This document shows, piece by piece, positions 27,140-40,000 of a stretch of 64,000 nt of DNA. This DNA comes from Tubiluchus corallicola (taxonomy: Eukaryota; Animalia; Priapulida). The DNA lies in assembly GCA_030141605.1 (NCBI GenBank), contig JAQGDQ010000218.1:186001-250000 (forward strand), read 5' to 3'. The number at the start of each line of letters is the position of its first letter. Position 1 is the first letter of the stretch. Position numbers and translations under genes: made by a program. The notes below the pieces were generated by a model, which saw only the letters and a program-made list of their open reading frames with translations, ran no database searches and was not told the DNA's origin.

Positions 27140-27759
27140 GTAAGTTATCATTCTTTCTGAGTTTTCAAAGTTAAACATTAAAAAGCGCTATAATAACCAG
27201 AGCTTCTCACCATCATAGACATCAACTGTAGGGTGTCGAAACATCTTTATACCTGTCCAAGAGACAGATGCTGGCAGTGACGTACTCAATTAACTAGCAA
27301 GGCTGAGGGCTCTCCTGAGATTGCACATGGGCAAAATAGATGAATATGTTTTTAAATAAAGATTACCAAGGAAGTTTTCGAGCAACAGCGCTTTCTACAT
27401 AATGTGGAGTAGTTTAGGTCTACGCATTCGTATAAATAATCCTGACAGTTATCATGACTTCTGAACGCCCAAAAACGACATTGTAGTAGAAAAGAAGCTG
27501 TGTCAAAAGAGAAGAACATCTTTTACCTGTCTGTGCACCTAAAACGCATCATACTAATTAGTGTCTAGAGGCGTCAAGGACTGCCAATGGACGTCACTTA
27601 GCGTCCAGGAACTAAGTAGTGGTAAGAAGGCTGGAAAAGAACGGCAGGTTATCTGTTGCCATTTTTCACAATTTAGCATTCTGTAAAGCAGTATCTAATT
27701 TAAGCACAGGTCCTACTAACGACGATGATGTTTGTGGCCGGATCAGCTCTTTCAATAGC

Positions 27760-28220
27760 AACAATAACCACACTGCCACAATAATCATTATCAAAACCAC
27801 ATTTACCATCATCATCCTCAAAATTATCAATCACCAACACCACCGCCACCGCCACACCCACCACTACTACTATTATAGTCACCATCGCCGTTACCACTAT
27901 TGCAATCATTACCATCATCATCACCACCACCACCACCAACATTATCACCAAAATCATCGCTCTATCTTCACGATACTTCATCACTGACGGCCTAACCATA
28001 GTCGTCGTTCATTATCAGTATGATTTGAATTACCGCTTTTTTAAATCTCATAATTATTTTAATATTGTTTTAGCTGTACATTATTCCAGCATTGTCATCT
28101 TGTGTCATCGTATATAAGTTGTAGATACAGCACCATCGTCATCGTCATCGTCGTAATTGTCATCATTGTTATCATCATTATCATCGATGTCGTCGTCATC
28201 TTCGGCATCATTACCATCCA
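27760..28220. repeat. Low-complexity CAT/CAC/CGT trinucleotide region (intronic)
   Basis: Directly visible; explains the His-rich and Val-rich ORFs. Confidence 0.8.
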
Positions 28221-28496
28221 TGGTGATAATGCTTGACATTTTTTAATTCTTAAGACTGTTTACAATTTTTGCTTTAAGCTGTTCACTTTACAGTTTGCTG
28301 CATCCTTGCTTGACATTTTTTAATCTTTCAACTTACTAATGTTGCATTTCTAAATTCAATTGTGAATATAATTCAATTAGGCTTAACTGCAGTCTCTCAC
28401 TCACAACAGCATCATTTCTCCCATTTCACAGTACTATAACACATGGAGCTTATTTCTGCAAATTTAGCGGATAATGTATGATTTTCTGTGCTTTAG

Positions 28497-28813
28497 GTAT
28501 GTCATGTGCCATTGGGATTATAATTTACATATCTGCTATTAACGACGAAGCCAACTATGCACGTAAGAAAAACGTAGCATCGAATGAGCAGCGCTTTCAG
28601 TACTGGTACAGTTGGTCGTTCTGCTTTGTTGTAACGTCATTCGTGATGTCACTCGTGACGTCAGTGTTGGACATATCCGTGTACCTGCGGACATATACAA
28701 CTAATGTAAAAAACATGACACAGATAATACCTGGCTTGTCGAAGAAGGCGATGGACGCTGGCATTACTTTGACCAGTGATGATGAACAGCAGCAAAATGT
28801 TTACATTATGTGA
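28497..28813 (+). CDS. CACNG5: Stargazin/TARP-like gene, exon 5 (TM3, loop 2, TM4, C-terminal tail)
   Basis: CTTTAG acceptor. GMSCAIGIIIYISAINDE matches CACNG5/7 GLVLYISSINDE, and FQYWYSWSF matches YxYGWSF. Stop TGA at 28811-28813. The five exons total 1290 nt = 429 aa plus stop. Confidence 0.9.
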
Positions 28814-29767
28814 AATTTTTGCCCTAGATCAGAGGCTTACATGACACAATACATTTATTATAGCTTAGCCCCTTTCACACGACATCACTTAAAGGACAAG
28901 AAAAGTGTGCCAGAAGTATGTTTCAGAAAAATCGCCTTAAAAAATTATATTACTGTATAGCAATTTTATGCACACGTCGTACTCTCATTTAAAGGCATTT
29001 TTGCTTGTTTTCATTTTACATCTCCCGCAATACTGTTCCGAAGTCGCCATTACATGACGTCACTACGCAAACCTAAACCTGGGGAAGAAAAGGCAATGTT
29101 AAATTATGTCCCAAAAGACTTTCCATGCAAATTTATATTACTTGGCTTTCGTTTATCTGCTGAGAAGACTTACGTAACCAGAAAAGAAAATTATTAATTA
29201 TTTACAATGTTTTCACCAATTGTCGCTGACTCACCACTGACGCAAAAACGTATTTTTAATCTTATTGACAAGATACAGTAATTTAAAATTTTACTCACTT
29301 AGTGACGTGTGCGCTACGAAAGCTCTGATTATTTTTTCAAAGTTTACACAATGTTATCTAAACTTGTTTCAAATGACCTATCGTCAAAATGGCTGCGTCT
29401 AGCAGTTATTGCGGGAGTTTAAATTTACATGTTTTATACAACGTTACTGCTGATTGAAGTCCTATATTTAAAAAGGCACTATGTAAGTGATATAAAATTT
29501 CAATACGATTTTTAAAGCTTTATGTACATGGAGGGTTTCTTGTGCTTTAAGCATTTTGATAAAAAATTAAACAATCAACAAACAATAGGCAAATCAATTA
29601 TCTCATTTCACGTCCAACACTGCATCTCGGTAAACTATTCCAATCAAACATTGAAATGAATATCTTAACAAAAACTTGAAAATAATTTCTTAAGTATTCT
29701 AGCAGTGAGACAAGCAATAGTTAATCGCATGCAAAACTCCAGCCCTCCTGACAAACTGTTCCCAAAT

Positions 29768-29814
<47 letters not shown>
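29768..29814. repeat. (TA)n microsatellite abutting the Sola-like element
   Basis: Directly visible. Confidence 0.9.
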
Positions 29815-29816
<2 letters not shown>

Positions 29817-29817
<1 letters not shown>

Positions 29818-31788
29818 AAGAGCTTGCTTTCAAAACCGGGATAAGTGCATATTTGGTCGATGCAGCCGGCTTCATAAACGTGAAAAGTTATTTAGTCAAA
29901 CCAGGATATATGCCATACCATATAGCCAGTACACGAACTTTCCAATCTAAATCAGATGTATTTAACACGTAATTTCAATCAAATCGGGGGATACTTGCAT
30001 TTCGACCAACCAGGGCCCAGCTCTTGGATCACGTGATCTAGATTTCTACCGTTTTTCAAAGTGGTCGCTTCTGATGAGGAAATCTCAAACTAGACATGTG
30101 GAGTGGAAAATCGTGGCGGAGATAGAAAATCTGAAAAGAGTATTGAGAAGAAAAACTCTGTCAGGCGATTCATAGGAAAACTTAAAGGTACTGAAATATG
30201 GTCGGAATAAAAGCATTCGAATGTACTTACCAGCGGAGATGAAAATATCAGCCATTTATGCAGAGTTTATAAACCGAGCTCCTGGAGAGCACAAAGTAAA
30301 ATTTATGATGTTATACAGAATCTTCGTAAATGACTTCAGCATTGGTTTCCGAAGCCCACGAGTGGACACGTATACCTTGTGAGAAAACAAAATATGAAAT
30401 AAAATAGCAGATGGGAGATTGAAGCAAGAAAGCATTACAAAGCTGCGAGTGCACAAATTACGTGCCAAATCATTCTACGACATTTTGAGGCAGACGAATA
30501 TTCTGACAGTTGTTTTTGATCTACAACAAGTTCATAATCTGCCAAGGCTCACAATTCAAGAGGCTTACTATTCCAGAAAACTATCATTCCATCATTTTGC
30601 AATGTGTCCCGGAGGTAGAAATATTGCATATACATGGACTGAAAATCAGTCTCATCGAGGATCTAATGAGATTGCAAGTTATGTTCATGGCTTTCTTACA
30701 GATGATTTCAAACAAATAAACAAATGGATTGTTTTCCAAACACGACTCCAGTACGTCTGGTGCGTGATGGATGCGGGGGTCAAAATAAAAACAACATTAT
30801 GTTAGCTTTGGCAATACTCTGGCTCTGTACCGCCCCTGCTCAGATAAAGGGGTGGAATTTCTGTTCCCTGTACGTGGACATTCATTTTTACCGTGTGATA
30901 GACTATTTGGCACGATATAAAGTGAACTAAAATCTCTAGAGACCATCATTTCCCCTGAAAAGTATATCAGTGTTATCGAAAAACATTCCGATGTAGTGGA
31001 GAAAATTGGTGACTATCACATGCATGACTGGAAAGAACTTGCTGCTGTGTATTTTAAGACTCTGTCGCATATTCAGGATGCAAAACGAATTATTCTTACC
31101 AAAGATAAAAACAATAATGTTCTTGTGAGAAGCAAAGTGAATTACCGATCTGATATTGGCACGAGCATCAGGCTGCTCAAGCGTGGAAAGAAAGCACCAC
31201 GCTCTGTCCTCACACCGAAGTTGCTGCCGGAGAATGTCATGATTTCACAGAAGAAAAAGAAACACATTTTTTCACTCTTAAAAGCCGCTTTTGGTGAAAA
31301 CTGGATACAGGATGAGAAATTTGCATTTTATGCAAATCTGGAGTCTTACAAGAAGATGAGCCTGAGCCTGGGGAAGGACGTAATTGTTGCGCTGAGGATT
31401 GTGGTGTAAGAATTCAAAGCAAAACTAGACTTTTCTGTATCCTTTTCACTGTGACTTTGATGTGTATGTGTCAAAAGTGAATAAAATTTGAGTTCACTGT
31501 ATATTTTCAATCAAAAACCGAATATTTGATTTAATGGATTTTGCATTCAAACCAAGATGTTTGAATGGTTTTCAAACAAAGCAAGACTTATTCATGTGGC
31601 TGATGCAAATTGTGTCCCCCCAGTTCATCCAAAATCAAAAAGGAATAAATGGATAACTTGCTTTAGTCCATCTGGTGCTGATATGTGAATATCGGAATCT
31701 GGCTGAAATCGTGACATGGATATTGAATTTGCCTAATTACTCAAAAGTCATTATGATGCATATTTTTGGTTTTGAAAGTAAGTTCTTC
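29817..31788 (+). mobile_element. Decayed Sola1-like DNA transposon
   Basis: TIRs GAAGAGCTTGCTTTCAAAACC versus reverse complement GAAGAACTTACTTTCAAAACC (19/21). TSD not resolved. Confidence 0.8.
30100..31409 (+). pseudogene. Frameshifted Sola1-type DDD transposase
   Basis: Motifs in order across frames: VFDLQQVHNLP..YYSRKL, WTENQSHRGSNEIAS, DGCGGQNKN, FPVRGHSFLPCDRLFG. Confidence 0.8.
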
Positions 31789-31869
31789 ATAAACGACTTT
31801 TCAAAAGTGATAACAAGAGAAAAGTGGGAAGTGGGAGTTTCACTGAGAGAGGGACGAAAAAGAGGGTAG

Positions 31870-31910
31870 TGGGAGGGAGAGGGAGGGAGGGAAGGAGGGA
31901 GGTAGGGAGG

Positions 31911-31958
<48 letters not shown>
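31870..31958. repeat. GGGA-rich tract followed by (GA)n microsatellite
   Basis: Directly visible. Confidence 0.9.
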
Positions 31959-31962
<4 letters not shown>

Positions 31963-33887
31963 CGAAAGTGGAAGAAAAGGGATTGTACTGAAGATGACAG
32001 CGTCTTCGTTTAGATCTCATTCACGTTTATATGGATTACAGGGAGCCGGGTCTAAGTTAAGCGAAATTGAAAGCACGTACAAAAAACAACGTGAATGGTA
32101 CGGTTTGTGCGATAATGTAACACATTGAGTTAACTTACTGAATTTACATTAACTTACTGAATATAAATGAGTTCATTATATATAAACGTATAAAAAATAG
32201 ACCGCTATTTTTATTGATTTTTCTGTTTGTTTTGCTTTTATGTTCATCGTTTATGATAGCACTAATACTACAAGTTTGCAATAATATATACCCTTAAGCA
32301 CCCATGGAGTTCTGTGCAGGGGTCAATAGTTCTTTTTACATAGGCTTACCGCAATAGGATTTATCCATAAGCACATATAATTATGGAGCTTTGGTGTTGT
32401 CTTCTCTTAGTCATTGTTCGAAGTGCGATGAGATAGCGTTTCTTATATAAGGTTTAATTTTAAGTGTTTTGTCACGTGGCATTTTTAAGGATGACTGTCA
32501 AGTTAACTGTTATCATAAGTGAAGTGTTTTAGGTTCTTAGCAACATCAAGTAGATAGAGGAATATATAGTGTCATTTATGAATACAACTAACAAGTGTAG
32601 AAAATGAGACGTCCAAATTCTGCAACAAGGGGGCGAATTTATTTCAGTTTGCCGCAGAGGATAAATATTCTGTACAAAAACTTCATGCATATAGCAAATT
32701 ACTTCCAACGTTCAGGCTAGGCGTTACCATTAAAAAGCCTCATGAAGTCTTCGTGAAGTCATATTTCGTGTTAAAATGTGGGACTATGAGTTTCCATTTG
32801 AAGCGTCAAACCCGAGGTTAAAAGCTTTTACCACCCCCACCCCCATGAATCTGAAAGCTACTTTCCTCATAGGTAAGCAAAATCAGTTCATGTTTGAAAT
32901 ACAAAGTCAACCAAATTTACACAAAGAATGTACAGTTGCCTATTTGACTAAAATATATTGTTTCTTGATACCTTGTCAAACGTGAAATGATGACTGACAT
33001 TTATTTTTGAAAAGTATATTACCCCAATATTATTGTAGAGGCTTCAATGTAGACCTGCTGATGAAATACTTTTATCTATCTATCTTACAGAGAATGTAAG
33101 CTCATTAAAAGTCAGTTTGCGTCTGACCAATATTGCTTGCCTGCCATGTCGAATTTCGTTTCAACGCGAAATTGATTAATTTCAGATTTCTGGGAACAGC
33201 GGACGATGGCCAATGTATGAGGATTATTAGGCTTCAAGAGGACTTTAATAACTGTCAGAGAAATCATAAGTACAGTTCTACTCCGCCTTTATGATGGTGG
33301 CTGAGAGAAAACGAATTCGTGATTGAATCTTTTATGGTTTAACATCAAAACTTAGCAAAAATGATGCTATTTAAATTATACTACCTGTTTGTTTTGTACG
33401 GCTGCAAAGAAAATAACTTCATTGAAAGACAATTATCACACGTTAATTAGCAAAGGTAATTAGTTAAGTAGCACTTAACTACGTTTCCTTATACTGATTT
33501 ATATTGTGACATTACGTTTCACTATTAAGTTATGTTTAGTTAATAGTATAGGTAAATGTCGCGTGTATGTAAAAGAACAGAACAGTAGCAAGACTAATAA
33601 ATATACCTGCGTATCAGTATTGTTTAAGTACCTAGATCTAAAAGTGTCTTATGTGTGTAGTGAAATACAAGTCACTACAATACAATACAAAACAATGTAC
33701 TTTAAACCTATCCAAGAGATCATTCTACTAACTGATTACAAAAACACACACACAATAACACGTTATAACTCGTTATATACACTAGTTATTAACTAAAGAT
33801 ATTAAAGTTATTAAAGATAGGTTGACTGCTCAGTGCACGAAATGGAAACTAAAGTTACAATGATATTCCATATTCATAATGTAGTAA

Positions 33888-34057
33888 GACATTATAACGA
33901 CATAACCACGTCGTTATAGCGAGTTAGTATTTCGTTAACACGAGGTAACAAGTCGTAATAAGGTAGTAAGTCTTTATAACGAAATAGCTATATCGCTGTA
34001 AAAAAAATAATTATATTTTTCTTCCAAAAACAAGTTTGACAATAACGGAGCTCAGTA
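33888..34057 (-). mobile_element. Palindromic-array MITE family (copy 4, inverted)
   Basis: Reverse complement reads TACTGAGCTCCGTTATTG...GGAAGAAAAATATAATTAT followed by CGTTATAA units. Confidence 0.65.
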
Positions 34058-37000
34058 GAAATCAGTGTTTAACAGTAGTAGGTTAACTTCTCCAATCCAT
34101 TAGTAGGTTAACATTATTTGCAGCACAGCTTATATGCGCTTAATTCATATCGCAGAAAGCAAGAACCGCAAGTAGAACGCAGATAATAATGAAAAAATCG
34201 ATCTGTGTATCATTAAAGAAACTCTCAACTTATTTGAGAATACCATTGTTTTAAATATTGCTATTGCAGTAGACCGAAGTTCCCATAAATGTAACAAGGG
34301 GCGTCAAGCCCTTTTGCGTTTACATTTATAGTATTTTATTCTATTTTCATCATCCTCTTGATGAATTCACAGAAAAGGAAATTACGAAGCATACTCAGGA
34401 GATACCCGTTTATTGCATTAACACCAAAGCAAGATTATATGTGAGCTCGTAAGGGCATTTCTCACGCAATTGTTTTACAAATAGTCTCAGCTTTGGAGTT
34501 TTAAATTTCCCTCGCGTTTTGCGTTCGGTTCTTTTTTCCATATTTGGATTTCCTCCAGCTGACATTTTAGGTCTACTCTAAGCTTAGTGGAGGAAATTTG
34601 TTTGTAACATTTTGGTTATTTATGCTTGCGGGTAAGTTGCAGGACCACTTCTAGTTTTTGTGTCAGTTTTCTACCTAGTTAAGCAAAACATTAGCGAAGT
34701 GACAAGTGACACGTTAACACAACTTACACAAACACCTCCTCTCCTAAATTACAAGTTCGAAACGTGCTTAGGAAGTTGAGTACCCTCTTCTCCAATCCAT
34801 TAGTTGCTTTTAGCTACATTTGCCGTTAAAAATAATTCTGTAATAAGCCCGGTGCCCTATAATAAACGCTAAAAAGTAATCACGATGTGGTTGATTTGCT
34901 TGATCCCAAGCATTCCTGTTGTCTGTAACGGGCTAAGAATACATCCGTTTGAAATTAACGTCAACCAGAAATGCTCAAAATGGGGCAAACGGACCGGCAG
35001 ACAAAACACGTTATTTTCTTCGAATAAGTTTTTCCCCCGTAGGTCGTAATACGCGGCATAATGTTTGCTAAATTTGAGTGCCTAATTATATTTCAGTTAA
35101 CGTTTTCAGTTTGTAAAATTAATGTCATTAACTTTATGATTTTAAAGTCTGCAGTTTATGTTCCCTCTATTATATAAACAAGTTTCATTATTACCTTGTT
35201 ATTAAAGTTGTACACGTCTTATTAGTACTTGCTGTATAATTACGTAGGCCTACGGATTTGTTACTAAAATGGTGGCCATTTTGTGTGGGTAATGATAGTC
35301 CAATAAATACTAATAAATACACATATTTTTTCGTACAGTTTAGTACACTGTTTATGCTGATGATTACAGTAGAACCTGAACCTATCTCATTAACAATGAT
35401 AACTATCTCTAAGATGAGACACTAAATCTAATAAATGCAAGAAAGTAACACTAAATTAGAAAATCTGAAAAAGTATTGCACCTCAATTAAGACTCGAACC
35501 TAGGCGTTCTGCTTCCTTGGCACTACACAACGGAGGCATACTGCTTTTTCAAGCTTGGAAATTTGCTCTATAAGCTACTAAAGGTGCATCAATAATATAT
35601 CACAGCCCACATTGTATCAAAACATAGTACAAAGAAATTTGAAAATGTGAAGAGTTCACCACAGCGCCACTATGACTTCCTAGATTTATAAATTTACTCT
35701 ATAAGCTACTAAACGTCTATAAACATTGTTCTTCTGTTCGAACCTAAATACATTCTCCCTCAGTGAGATGATCAGCCGGAGGCAATTTAGCGATTGACAT
35801 CATACAAAAACTAGCCATTCGTCCATTTTTAAGCAAGCTCACTATTGCTTAACTAGAGTACTAACTTGATAAGCACCGCACATCGCGACTACCCATTTAT
35901 TTCTCTCAACACATTTATATGTCTACATTTCTAGTTACACTGCGACAAAATTAATTTTTTTATAATATTAAATGGGAGTAAAATTATGATACATTGTTTA
36001 AATGGGAGTAAAATTATGATACATTGACGTTTGCTTTTCATGTGTAGAAAATTCGGGAAATTTACTTTATTTGTATTTAAACAGCAAACAAATTTACAGA
36101 AACTGCTGAGTAATTCGTTTCTCATTTAAACTCAAAGTAAACTCAACCGAAATATTTTTATTGGGACGCGTTATTAGAAGTTTATGCTTCGGTTGTGCAC
36201 TTTTGTTAAGGCACTAAAGCGATAAGCCTTTTTTATTTTCAAAACACTCTCCTCAGAAATTGCAAAGCTGTCCGAGTCAATGACGTTGCATCCAAGTTAT
36301 CCAGATACCTACTAATCCAAGTAAGTCATCCTGCCCATAACGTCATGTCTCAGACTTACTGATATATCGGAATCACTAAAAGTAAAATTCTAACATCAAC
36401 TATTTATAATTATTTATAATCTTAATTGGAACCTATTACATCATTATGATAACATGTGCAGTTATTATTGCATTTCGAACTAAACAGTATTGAGAAATGA
36501 AGTCGGAAGTAAGACATGTTGTACTTAAACGAGATATGCTTGCATTACAAGTCTAAGTTCAGTCCCAACTTTTTCACAATTATTTGATTAGCCTAATTTT
36601 GTTAAAAAAAATTAACAAATTTGTATTGATTCCATCATTCAATTTTTCTGATCTTCAGTTATGACGGGAAATGAACAACGAAAAATTTCAGAAGTGAAAA
36701 AAGTTGTGTACATGTATTTGGCTTTAAACCTCAAGGCAACTTGTCCACGTCGCCACGGCTCTGCAAACATCAATCACTTGACAGGACACTGGCTTCTTGT
36801 GCTGTAATCTTCTCATCAGAGGGCTTCATTACCAAGCGTCTTCACAGCAGCACGTCCTTTAATCGTGTAAATCATTGAGTAATTAAACTCAATTGGAAAC
36901 CGTGACACGTGCCTGATGAGACACTTGCCGCAAAATCATGAACCATATAAAACTTGATTGTTGAGAAACAGGCAGCGAACTACGTGGAAAGATACCGAGT

Positions 37001-40000
37001 GTTTGTGCATAGTAGATCAGTGGTGCCCGTTACATGAGCATCATATTAATCATAATTATTGAGTAATTATAATTAGCAGCCGTCGTATGCGTCAGATGAA
37101 GTATTTTCTTCTCCCCCTCCCCGAAACTGCCCATATTATTCACTTATCGGCTACATTGCTTGGTTCGCTATTTCGAACAACATGTTCAGCTTCAGTATAC
37201 TGGATTCTCTTAGCTGAGACAACGCGAGTATCTGCATCTATGACTCGTGTCGTCATTTATCACCTGACTATTAAAATTCAGCACATAACCATATATCATT
37301 ACAATGCCATTAGCAAAGCAGAGCCCGTGCTCAGAGATGATACGTAATATTAATGCTTACAGTCGGGAATAAACTCGAATTTTCTCTCCGCCATTTATAA
37401 TAATAACAGTTAATGCAGTGTAAAAGCGTAATATAACTTATGGCAATTTGACTGGGTTCTTTTGTTGCGATGATGCTTTTCCGTAAAATTTGATGCTGCG
37501 TTATTCTGTAATTTTTGCAAATGGATACGGGAAGCCAAAGCCATTTCGCTATTATTTAGCAATTATGTGAGGCAGAGCTTTGAAAACAAGAAACTTAGAC
37601 AGTTACAAAACGTAAAAGATCCGTATATCGACAAGAACACAACTGAAGGCTGTATATCTTAGGGCCCGTTTATACATACAGTGAACGATTTCCGCAAAGG
37701 AAATTCGGCAAGATCGTCGTTTAAATATAAATTGGTTTTTACGTAACTTCCGCGGCATACACTACACATACAGTACCCAAATGCACTTTAAAAATCTTAC
37801 TGACAAACAGATAAAATACTGCAAGAAATGATTTCAGAAAACCCAGAATTTTGGTACATTTATACTCTTTATCAGAGGGAGAGAGAGAGAAAGAAACGAG
37901 TGGAAAGGCAGATAAGCAGCCATATAGACTGACAATTTTTTCTATGAAAGGATAAATGGAACATGGATAAACATGGATGCATGGATAAACAAATGGAACG
38001 GATGCATGGATATATACAAAAGACATGACATCCAAACGTACAAACAGACGATAGATAAATAGATTGCTGCTGCTGTTAGTAAAATTTCCAAAAATCTTTG
38101 CGAAGTACACTACATTAAATCCTAAAGACAATTAACATACTCTGTGTCAACTAATCTACTTAATGTACTACTAAAACATTTTTTCCGTTTTGTTTGTCAT
38201 TCCTGGTTTGTTCCTGTATGTTTGACTAGTAGCAACAGCACGGCCTTTGCTAATGATATATTAAGACTGAGAAATCTGTACTGATTTTGTAAAAATAAAT
38301 CGTTCAAAGTGCAGAAAACAGCACGGTTTTCCTGCGCTGTTTACTGAGAATTTTAAGTATAGTAGTTCTAAATGTGAATAGATGTGACCTAAATGATAAG
38401 GAAGCCGCTCAAAATGCTTTATAAACAAACTAGCAAACTGTCACACTTGTACACCAAGCGTTAGCGAGCTTCGGCTGATAACACGAAAGCGTCTGCCGAC
38501 AACTACTTATTATTACTAATCAATCAATCAACAAGCAATTTCCATTAGTTTGTAGCAATAATCAGAGCGCGAAAGTAGATTATCTACAACAGTGCAAGCT
38601 GCCTAGAGTCACGTGAAAAATGACAGAAGAGGCTTAAACAAATACATTCATATGCAGTATCTTTTCAAGGCAGCAATAAATATAGAAACAATCACAGAAA
38701 GTGGGTTTTCTGAATGACATTCGGAAATGCAGCCAAGATGACAAAAGGCCAGCAAACACGTGTTCTACAACGTTGTAGCAGCGTCATGATGCCATCAAGA
38801 ATTTATATCTGTATATTACATGGGTATAGATCTTCAACTGCTAGTTAAAAATGAGGAAATTTACACGATGCGTAACAGTAAGAGCTTTCGCTAACATAAC
38901 ACTGCGTGGAAAATGGGCACAATATATAATACCGGTTTAGCATTAGCTAGATGACGAATTGCAAGTTGGATTGAGGAATAATAGTTAATGGCATGAGAAG
39001 TGGCATACAAAATATGACATCGTAGAACGGCACACTAAAATGATTAAAATAAATAAAAAAATCACTACTGAAACAAATTATCATTGTAAAAATTATTGTG
39101 AATTTTTATGAACAGACTTGAAATGAAAAAGCAATCGGGGCCAATGATCGCTAAAGAACACATTGCACACTTTATAACTGAAAACCCACTTCATAATAGG
39201 TTATTGTACAATATATTCTGTGAACATTTCTTTGGAAAAACGTGTTTTGTCATTTTACACCAGAAATGCATGTACAATCAAATAAATAACCTAACCAGTT
39301 TTTTTTTAATGAACGAAACAGTGATTTTCATCTCACGTTTGGCACTCGAATTTTTAACAAATCTGAGAGCTGAAATCAGATGTATGTTTGCAGTAACCTT
39401 TAGCAGTATTTCTCAGGTAATGCCACATTTTCTATGCATCACCATTTCGACGTTAGGTTTCTCCACGATACCAAATATTGTTGGGAATACTGTTGAAACT
39501 TTGTTGGGAATATGCCAACAGTAACAGGCCTGAACAATGTCTTGATGGTATTTCTTAAAAATGATTACAACTTCCAAAGCTTACAGACCAATACGTGTGG
39601 GGCCAATAGGAGGTAGACTTTGTTACTTTTTTGTTGAACCATGCATAACATATAACTGAACAGAGAGAGATAGTCTTATGAAAATGTGCACCAAATTCTT
39701 AGTTTAATGGATTGCAATCAAATTTCAATATGTACAAACACCGCTGATCTATACAATTCATATCATACCAATTATAGCACATACATCTTTTCAACATTTA
39801 TATAAAAATAACTGATATCATAAACCATTTTATATAACAATCTAGCTCTTATTCACAAAATTGTAATACTTTACAATTCTGCAGGAAATTGTGTTTTTTG
39901 CCACTAACATTCATTTGTGTTTCTGGTAATAATAAAATACAGCTAAAACGATGAGAGTCAACGCATCACTGTTATAAATTCATTAGCATCTAATGAATGG

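Noticed and set aside
27619-27999. His-rich (+) and Val-rich (-) ORFs
   Set aside because: Low-complexity intronic sequence; TARP exons 4 and 5 join in frame without it.
30070-30100. CTGATGA as a hammerhead ribozyme core (also near 13273 and 36913)
   Set aside because: No correctly placed stem II followed by GAAA, and no flanking stems.
39108-39524. 138-aa ORF
   Set aside because: No motifs or splice partners; likely non-coding sequence downstream of TVP23.
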